Assembly (NCBI GenBank): GCA_028824015.1
Contig: JAPPFC010000055.1
Location: 109,083-173,082, forward strand
Source of the DNA: a bacterium
GTDB taxonomy: Bacteria; Actinomycetota; Acidimicrobiia; Spongiisociales; ZC4RG35
DNA: 64,000 nt
Direction of reading: 5' to 3'
Shown here: positions 58,051-64,000 of the stretch, in pieces
Layout: every line of letters starts with the position of its first letter
Position numbering within the stretch: position 1 is the first letter of the stretch
Position numbers and translations under genes: made by a program
Notes under the pieces: model-generated
The model's database searches: none
What the model saw: the letters and a program-made list of their open reading frames with translations, nothing else
What the model was told of the DNA's origin: nothing

Positions 58051-59175
58051 TTACTTGGCGTCATAGATGAAGTAACCCTCGGGCAGATCAACCACGGTGT
58101 TCCATTCACCGGTTTCGATGTCTATCACGACTATCGACTCCTCCCCTATGACTCCCGTGCTAGCTATCAACAGGCCATCCACGATTCCCAACGGCGTTCC
58201 ACGCCGGCCCTCCTCGAATTCGTGCACCAATTGCACCGTTTGCTCTGATAGATCGGCCAAATACACGGCCTTCCGCACGGTGTATCCCGGCCTGGTCACA
58301 TCGGGAACCTCTAGGGAAAGCAGCACCTGATCACTGTGATACTCAGTGGTGTTGGATGCCGGGATTTGGGGCAGAAAAGGCCTTGACCACCTACCCGACT
58401 CGAAGGCTGTCACAACGCTCACGCGGCCATCCGTCTCGCTATGGAACACCAAATGCTTCTCGTCTTCGAGGGTTAGACAAGCGAAGTGCTCTCCGTACAC
58501 CCCCACGATGTGGAGATCGCCATATTCGTCGGAGAAGTCTCGGCAGGGAACAACCTCGCTGACGGTCCCACCGGGGCTGACGACCCGGTCATCGTCACCC
58601 GTCACCACATAGAGTTCATCTTTGAACAATCCAGAAATGAAGTAGGACCCGTCGAGTTCGAGCGTCAACTCGGCGGTGTTGTCCTCGATGTTGACCAGGT
58701 CCACCAGGGTCGTATCCGAATTGGTCCACTGCAACATCCACACCTTCTCTCCCGACCGATCTGCCAAGGCTTGGATATCTGCGTAGTTGTCGGGAGTTCC
58801 ATATTCGGTCTCGATGACTCGTCTCGAGGGCCCGATGACCGACGGTGCTGCGGAGAAATCCCCATCGGGCACCACGTACAGTCCTTGTCCACCGGACGGG
58901 TGCACCAACACATCGCCCGACCTGGTGAACGCTGCCACATTAACTGAGCGAATTGGCAGGCCACGATGCTCCAGCCGTTCGACTCGCATCACACCCTCTT
59001 CCAGGTCGACCACCGCAAATCTACCCTGATGATCAAAAGCCAGAACTCGGAACTCCACCGGTTCACCCTCCCACTCGAGATCCACGATCCGGGAATCAAA
59101 GAACCCGGTTTCCCACCCAACTAACACCCCGACCGCGACGATCAGCAGCAACCACCATCGCCAGGCTCTCAACAT
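58051..59175 (-). CDS. Membrane-anchored/secreted beta-rich protein, paralog 1
   Basis: N-term TM; highly similar to 59249..60634; ends EGYFIYDAK. Confidence 0.75.
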   Translation of the reverse strand: MLRAWRWWLLLIVAVGVLVGWETGFFDSRIVDLEWEGEPVEFRVLAFDHQGRFAVVDLEEGVMRVERLEHRGLPIRSVNVAAFTRSGDVLVHPSGGQGLYVVPDGDFSAAPSVIGPSRRVIETEYGTPDNYADIQALADRSGEKVWMLQWTNSDTTLVDLVNIEDNTAELTLELDGSYFISGLFKDELYVVTGDDDRVVSPGGTVSEVVPCRDFSDEYGDLHIVGVYGEHFACLTLEDEKHLVFHSETDGRVSVVTAFESGRWSRPFLPQIPASNTTEYHSDQVLLSLEVPDVTRPGYTVRKAVYLADLSEQTVQLVHEFEEGRRGTPLGIVDGLLIASTGVIGEESIVVIDIETGEWNTVVDLPEGYFIYDAK

Positions 59176-59503
59176 TCCTTAGCCCACCCGCCCATCTAAG
59201 GCACCGACAGTGTGAGGAGGGACGACCGAGCGCGGCAAAGGGACCTGGTCATTTGGCGTCATAGATAAAGTAGCCCTCGGGAAGATCAGCCAAGGTCTTC
59301 CACTCACCGGTTTCGATGTCTATCACGACTATCGACTCCTCCCCTATGGTTCCCGTGCTGGCTATCAACAGGCCATCCACGATTCCCAACGGCGTTCCGC
59401 GCCGGCCCTCCTCGAATTCGTGCACCAATTGCACCGTTTGCTCTGACAGATCGGCCAAATACACCGCCTTCCGCACGGTGTATCCCGGCCTGGTCACATC
59501 GGG
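58106..59503. repeat. Direct repeat pair: 58106-58305 and 59304-59503 (200 bp)
   Basis: Manual alignment gives 6 mismatches in 200 bp at offset 1198, within the 3' parts of the tandem paralogs. Confidence 0.9.
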
Positions 59504-60634
59504 CACCCGTAGCGAAAGCAGCACCTGATCACTGTGATACCCAGTGGTATTGACTGCCGGAATTTCGGGCAGGACAGCCTTAGACCATCTACCCGACTCA
59601 AAGGCTGTTACAGCCTCTACCTGGCCCGTCGTCCCGCTATAGAACACCAGCTGTTTGTCGTCTTCGGAGGTGAGACAAGCGAAATGCTGTCCGTACACCC
59701 CCACGGTGCTGAGATCGCCATATTCGTCGGAGAAGTCTCGGCAAGATACAACCTCTCTCACGATCCCGCTAGGGCTGACTACCCGGTCTTGGTCGCCGCC
59801 CACCATATAGAGATTGGCCTCTAACAACCCAGATATGTAATAGGTGCCGTCGAGTTCAACCGTCAACTCGGCGGTGTTGTCTTCAATGGTGACGAGGTCC
59901 ACCAGGGTGGTGTCTGAACGGGTCCGTTGCAATAACCACACCCTCCCTCCCGACCGGTCCGCCAAAGCATCTAGATCCGCGTAGTCGTTGTAATCGCCGT
60001 ATGCGTTGTCGATGGCCCGCCTCGATGGGCTGATGACCGAAGGTGTTGCGGAGAAGTCCCCACCGGGCACAACATGCGTGTCCCGCTCTCCAGATTGGTA
60101 GTACAGGACATCGCCCCGTGGCGTGAACGCCGCCACATCCACAGAACCGAACGCCAGGTTATGGTGTCCCGGCAGGTACACCCTCATGGTACGGTCGGCC
60201 AGATCCACGACCACAAAGCCACCTTGCAGAGGGTTCACAGCCAGCACTCTGAACTCGAAGGGCTCGCCATCCCAATCCAGCGGAACTTCAGTTGGAGGCA
60301 CTTGGGGAAACGTCAATTCGGGCGTAGAAGGCCACGTCTCGGATCCGCTAGACGTTTCGGCTGGATCGTCTGTCGTTTCTGGCCCTCCTTCTACCGCATT
60401 CGAAAGATCCCCACCCGTGGTAGAAGTCCGTTCTTGTTGAGCCGAACGGTCGGCGGTAGAGGTAACAGTCGTAACTGTATTTGATGTCGTTGGTATCTCA
60501 GAGACTGTCGTTGCTGTGGCGCCTGCAGTCTCAGGCGTTGCCGGCTGGTTGAAACCGGAAACAACTAACAGTCCAACACCCACCCCCGCGGCGCCAATCG
60601 CTATGGCGACCACGAGCCGCTTGGGCCGGGGCAT
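59249..60634 (-). CDS. Membrane-anchored/secreted beta-rich protein with Thr/Ser linker, paralog 2
   Basis: GAGGAGG RBS, N-term TM, Thr-rich stalk, same C-terminal domain as paralog 1. Confidence 0.78.
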   Translation of the reverse strand: MPRPKRLVVAIAIGAAGVGVGLLVVSGFNQPATPETAGATATTVSEIPTTSNTVTTVTSTADRSAQQERTSTTGGDLSNAVEGGPETTDDPAETSSGSETWPSTPELTFPQVPPTEVPLDWDGEPFEFRVLAVNPLQGGFVVVDLADRTMRVYLPGHHNLAFGSVDVAAFTPRGDVLYYQSGERDTHVVPGGDFSATPSVISPSRRAIDNAYGDYNDYADLDALADRSGGRVWLLQRTRSDTTLVDLVTIEDNTAELTVELDGTYYISGLLEANLYMVGGDQDRVVSPSGIVREVVSCRDFSDEYGDLSTVGVYGQHFACLTSEDDKQLVFYSGTTGQVEAVTAFESGRWSKAVLPEIPAVNTTGYHSDQVLLSLRVPDVTRPGYTVRKAVYLADLSEQTVQLVHEFEEGRRGTPLGIVDGLLIASTGTIGEESIVVIDIETGEWKTLADLPEGYFIYDAK

Positions 60635-60721
60635 CGTACCTCCTCACATCCCCTACTAACAGGAACCAACGTTACACAATGGAAGGGCACACCGCAAGCG
60701 CCAGCCCGGTTTATGTGGCGA

Positions 60722-62068
60722 TCAGGAACCCAACTCCCGGCCCTGTGGGACAGGCGACCAACTGGCGAAGACGCCGTTGCCCACCGTGATCGGCTGGGAC
60801 TCGTCGAGATGCTGGACGAAGATCTGGTCCTCGCCGTTGCGGGAAGACGTCCCCGGGTAGGTGAACGCCTCTCCGGTGGGTGACCAGAGGGTGAGGCTCC
60901 GGGAGTATTGATCCCAAAACGGCAGGTACTGGACAACCCACACGCGGGACGGTAGGAACGAGGGGAAGACCAGGGTGTCTCTCCCGTCCCACACCCTCGG
61001 CTTCAGGGCCCGGGCCTGGCGATCCACCTCCATGAACAGGAGCCTGTCCCCCGCCGGGCTCCACTCGAAGGCGGCGACCTCGCTCTCGGTAACCAGGGTT
61101 TCGCCCCCGCCGGCGAGATCCAGCACCCGCAGGGGGCCGGAGTAGTCATACACCGCCACCCACTTGCCGGTGGGGTCCGGCTCGAAGATGGCGGCTCCCT
61201 CCAACTCCGCCAAGGTGAGAACGGAACCGGCCTGCAGATCGCTCAGGATCAGCCGCTGCGAAACAGAGTTGTCGTCTTGGGTGTCATGCAGCATCCCCAG
61301 ACTCACCTGGACAGAACCCGGCGAGTCCGTCGTGACGGTAAGAATGCGATCCCCCGAGAGCCATGCCGGGGCCTGGAACATTCCCGCCCTGATAGGAATG
61401 TCCTCCGATGACCATTTATCGCCGGTAAGGGTCAACAAGGACAGGGCTTCGTCCACATGGGTGACGATTGCCCGGGAATCGGGCCGCCAGTCGAAATAGA
61501 ACGGCTGGCCTGTGGCGACGATCTCCAGCGAGTCCCTCCGGTAGTCCAGCACACCCATCTCCAAGGGGGAGAAAGCCGCCTGGCCCAGGAACGCCAGCAG
61601 CGTGGCGTCGGGACTCCAGTAGTAATAGAAGGGCGCCACCGGTGACGGGTATCTGGTGACCTCGCCGGTGTCCACATTCCCCAGCGCGATACTGAAGGAC
61701 CCGTCATCGCCGAGTTCCGTCCACGCCACCAGACGACGGCCGTCCACGGAGACCGGCGCCCAAGTGGGTTGCAAGCTCGGGTGGCCGGAGACCGTCGGGC
61801 CTCGTAGTTCCCGCACCAGCGTGCCGTCGGGATTGATGACCGTCACCTTCCCGTCCGAGCCGGTGACCAGCAGGAGATCGAGTATCTCCGGGTCCGCCGC
61901 AGGTGGTGCTTCCGCCGCCGGTTGTGGGGTGATCTCCCCGGGTTCGCCCGTTACCCCGCAGGCGACCAGCATCATCGCCGCGGAAAAGCCTGCAGCCAAC
62001 CTGCGGATCAAACCCGATCCCGGCCTCACCGGGCCTCGATGGCCATGCTCTGGTGGTGACCCCTCCAC
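60722..62068 (-). CDS. TolB-like beta-propeller lipoprotein (start uncertain)
   Basis: Lipobox LVACG; repeated PTWAP/YWSPD/DWRPD/EWSPAG/LWSPTG/SWSP blades. Confidence 0.75.
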   Translation of the reverse strand: MEGSPPEHGHRGPVRPGSGLIRRLAAGFSAAMMLVACGVTGEPGEITPQPAAEAPPAADPEILDLLLVTGSDGKVTVINPDGTLVRELRGPTVSGHPSLQPTWAPVSVDGRRLVAWTELGDDGSFSIALGNVDTGEVTRYPSPVAPFYYYWSPDATLLAFLGQAAFSPLEMGVLDYRRDSLEIVATGQPFYFDWRPDSRAIVTHVDEALSLLTLTGDKWSSEDIPIRAGMFQAPAWLSGDRILTVTTDSPGSVQVSLGMLHDTQDDNSVSQRLILSDLQAGSVLTLAELEGAAIFEPDPTGKWVAVYDYSGPLRVLDLAGGGETLVTESEVAAFEWSPAGDRLLFMEVDRQARALKPRVWDGRDTLVFPSFLPSRVWVVQYLPFWDQYSRSLTLWSPTGEAFTYPGTSSRNGEDQIFVQHLDESQPITVGNGVFASWSPVPQGRELGS

Positions 62069-62139
62069 TGGAGACCGGGCGATGCTCACCCGCACGGCGT
62101 CAGCAGGAGGACACCACGACGCCTGGTGGTTGGAGCTGC

Positions 62140-63816
62140 CTATCGAATCTCGCCGGCCGGGACCATCGATGCCCCGGAGATTCCCGCCTCCCTCAACGAC
62201 CGGGCCATGCCTAGCCGGTAGTACTTGGATCCCAGGTCCCGGAGATGGCTCTCCAAGGTGTCGCTCCTCCAAATTCGAAACACACGAGAGGCGACGCGAC
62301 TGCGTTGCGAGTCGTTCTCAGCCGACCCCACCATGTCGATGGCTTCGGTCACGTCAGCGACCAGGAGATGGGCAAACCCTCTTTCCGGCTCGCCCTCGAA
62401 CGCGGGCCTGGCAATGTCCCGTCCTGCCATCCGCTCAGCCGCGCTGTGACCAGCCTGCCAGCTTTGTTCCATCAACATCTCCAGATGGGACCGGAGGCGG
62501 CCGTCCACCTCCTCGGCGTTCCACACCAGGTCTCCGACGCGAATACCCTCCAGCACCCGATTCTGCTCCTCCGCCAAGAGCCTCTTGAACTGGCGGAGAA
62601 ACTGGTTGGCCACCGGCAGCAACATCTCTTCTTGCAGCCTCTCCGCCTCCGCGTCTCCCATCCGGGGACTCTCCCGCCGGGACTCTCTGGCCGAAGGTGT
62701 GGTGTCCGCGGAACCGTTCGGACCAACCGGCTGCTTCGAGGAAGATCGGGAGGCGGCCGGGGTCACCTGCCTCAGGGAGGCGAACAGGTCCTCGAAGCCT
62801 CCGAGAGCGTCCTGGGGCTTGGCTCCCTCCTCGGAGGCCGTCTGCTCCATCTCCCCGGCCGGCGTCGGGGAAGCGCCGTCCTCAGAGAGAATGCCGGGCG
62901 CCGGATCGTCCGTGGATCTCTCGCTCGCAGGGTCGGAAGCAGCCTCTTCCGGCTGCTGAAGATCGGCCGGGGAGGATTCCTCCGCTTCATCCTGGGGAAT
63001 CACCCTGACCAGTCCCGACATCTCATGTCGGGGGGTTACATGGGCAGTCTCCTCAACCTCGGGAGCAGGCCGGTAAATCAAGGCGCCTGTCTGGTCGACC
63101 AGCTTCACGCCGATGGGCGCCGCCCCTGAGCGGATGCCTCCTATCTCCTCGAGCAACTGGTCGCGATGGCGCTCCAAGGCCAGGACCCTCTCCTGGATGG
63201 CGGAGACTCGTTGCTGGGCGGAGTCGATCATCTGGTCGCACAGGGTTCGGGTCCGCTCTTCCACCTCCAACGAGGCGACATTGGCGTCGCTCCGGATCGA
63301 CTCGCCTCTCCGGCGGGCATCCTCCCTGATACGGTGAGACTCGTTCTCTGCCTCCGCGATCATCTCCTGTGAATGTTTCTCGATGTTGCGATAGGACTCG
63401 ACCTCCACTTCCTGCAACTGGGCGATCATCTCGGTGGATACCTCCCAGGCTGAAGCCCGGAGTTCCTCCGCGGCCGCCTGCGCTTCGGCGATTCTCTTCT
63501 CCACCTCCATCGTGGCCTCCCCCCGCCAACGACCAGCATCCTCCTCAGCCTGTCTCCTGATCCTGGCAGCCGTATCCTGGACTGATCGCAGGAGGTCTCC
63601 TATCTCCCGTCCCAGTTCACGGTACCGGTCAACCTGGACGTCGGCGGCTGCCGAATCCGGGTATAGCGAGAGTTGCTCGGCGCTCGCCAGCTTGGATTGG
63701 AGGAGTTCCTGCAGGTACTGATCGACCGCTTTACGGTGATAACCGAAGAAGGCGGGGGGAAAGTCAGGGGAGTTGAGTTCGTCTTCCCCCGACTCTCTGC
63801 CGGACAAGTGGGCCAT
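62140..63816 (-). CDS. DivIVA-domain coiled-coil protein
   Basis: FPPAFFGYHRKAVDQYL DivIVA-type N-terminus, long coiled coil, low-complexity linker. Confidence 0.65.
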   Translation of the reverse strand: MAHLSGRESGEDELNSPDFPPAFFGYHRKAVDQYLQELLQSKLASAEQLSLYPDSAAADVQVDRYRELGREIGDLLRSVQDTAARIRRQAEEDAGRWRGEATMEVEKRIAEAQAAAEELRASAWEVSTEMIAQLQEVEVESYRNIEKHSQEMIAEAENESHRIREDARRRGESIRSDANVASLEVEERTRTLCDQMIDSAQQRVSAIQERVLALERHRDQLLEEIGGIRSGAAPIGVKLVDQTGALIYRPAPEVEETAHVTPRHEMSGLVRVIPQDEAEESSPADLQQPEEAASDPASERSTDDPAPGILSEDGASPTPAGEMEQTASEEGAKPQDALGGFEDLFASLRQVTPAASRSSSKQPVGPNGSADTTPSARESRRESPRMGDAEAERLQEEMLLPVANQFLRQFKRLLAEEQNRVLEGIRVGDLVWNAEEVDGRLRSHLEMLMEQSWQAGHSAAERMAGRDIARPAFEGEPERGFAHLLVADVTEAIDMVGSAENDSQRSRVASRVFRIWRSDTLESHLRDLGSKYYRLGMARSLREAGISGASMVPAGEIR

Positions 63817-63902
63817 GAGCGTTGACAATACTGCCAAACTGCCGGTTTTGAATTATCAAACGGGTTTTTATCCTCTCTCCCTCCTCATTAGTGTCATGGC
63901 TC

Positions 63903-64000
63903 GTGACCTCCCCACCCCTCCTGCGCGTCGAAAACCTGCACGTGGCGGCTGCCGGCGCCAAGATACTCCACGGCATCGACCTCACCATCCGCAACAACGA
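63903..64000 (+). CDS. 5' fragment of ABC ATPase, probably SufC
   Basis: GTG start 8 nt after TAGTGT; LLRVENLHVAAAGAKILHGIDLTI; runs off window. Confidence 0.6.
   Translation, partial: MTSPPLLRVENLHVAAAGAKILHGIDLTIRNN

Noticed and set aside
58106-59503. Repeat pair as DGR template/variable regions
   Set aside because: Mismatches are not confined to adenines of one copy, both copies are in-frame coding, and there is no reverse transcriptase in the window
1-64000. tRNA, rRNA, CRISPR arrays, IS elements
   Set aside because: No T-loop/anticodon pattern, regularly spaced repeats or transposase motifs noticed by eye; a dedicated scan was not possible

Overview
High-GC bacterial DNA, most likely actinobacterial (Acidimicrobiia-like). 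This is inferred from F420-type luciferase-like enzymes, a mycothiol-type DinB/TIGR03086 protein, a DivIVA-domain protein and many apparently leaderless genes. 0.1-11.6 kb: a sup-type ('sponge ubiquitous') type I PKS cluster with PPTase, free ACP and a KS-AT-DH-cMT-ER-KR-ACP-KS-AT0 PKS. The PKS is split by one extra base in a G8 run at 8900-8907, and a SupD-like hydrolase lies nearby. 14.7-32.5 kb: a wzm/wzt-GDPD operon headed by an unusual ClpX-zinc-finger/degenerate amidohydrolase fusion, then SRAP, GGT, fabD-fabH-fabG-acpP, ltaE, an aminotransferase and ilvD. About 32.5-41.2 kb: a visibly more AT-rich two-gene island encoding a ~1100-aa uncharacterised protein and a 1606-aa Cys-rich DEAD/DEAH-DUF1998 (YprA-like) helicase. 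It resembles a divergent Druantia-type anti-phage system and is the best candidate for a novel system. 41-64 kb: ccdA/redoxin, queG, an NYN RNase, attenuator-controlled ilvBNC-leuA, an orphan XRE gene, leuB, transport and repair genes, lipoproteins, a tandem pair of paralogous secreted proteins, a DivIVA-like gene and the start of an ABC ATPase. No tRNA, rRNA, CRISPR array, integrase or transposase was recognised. All family calls come from reading motifs by eye, not from database searches.
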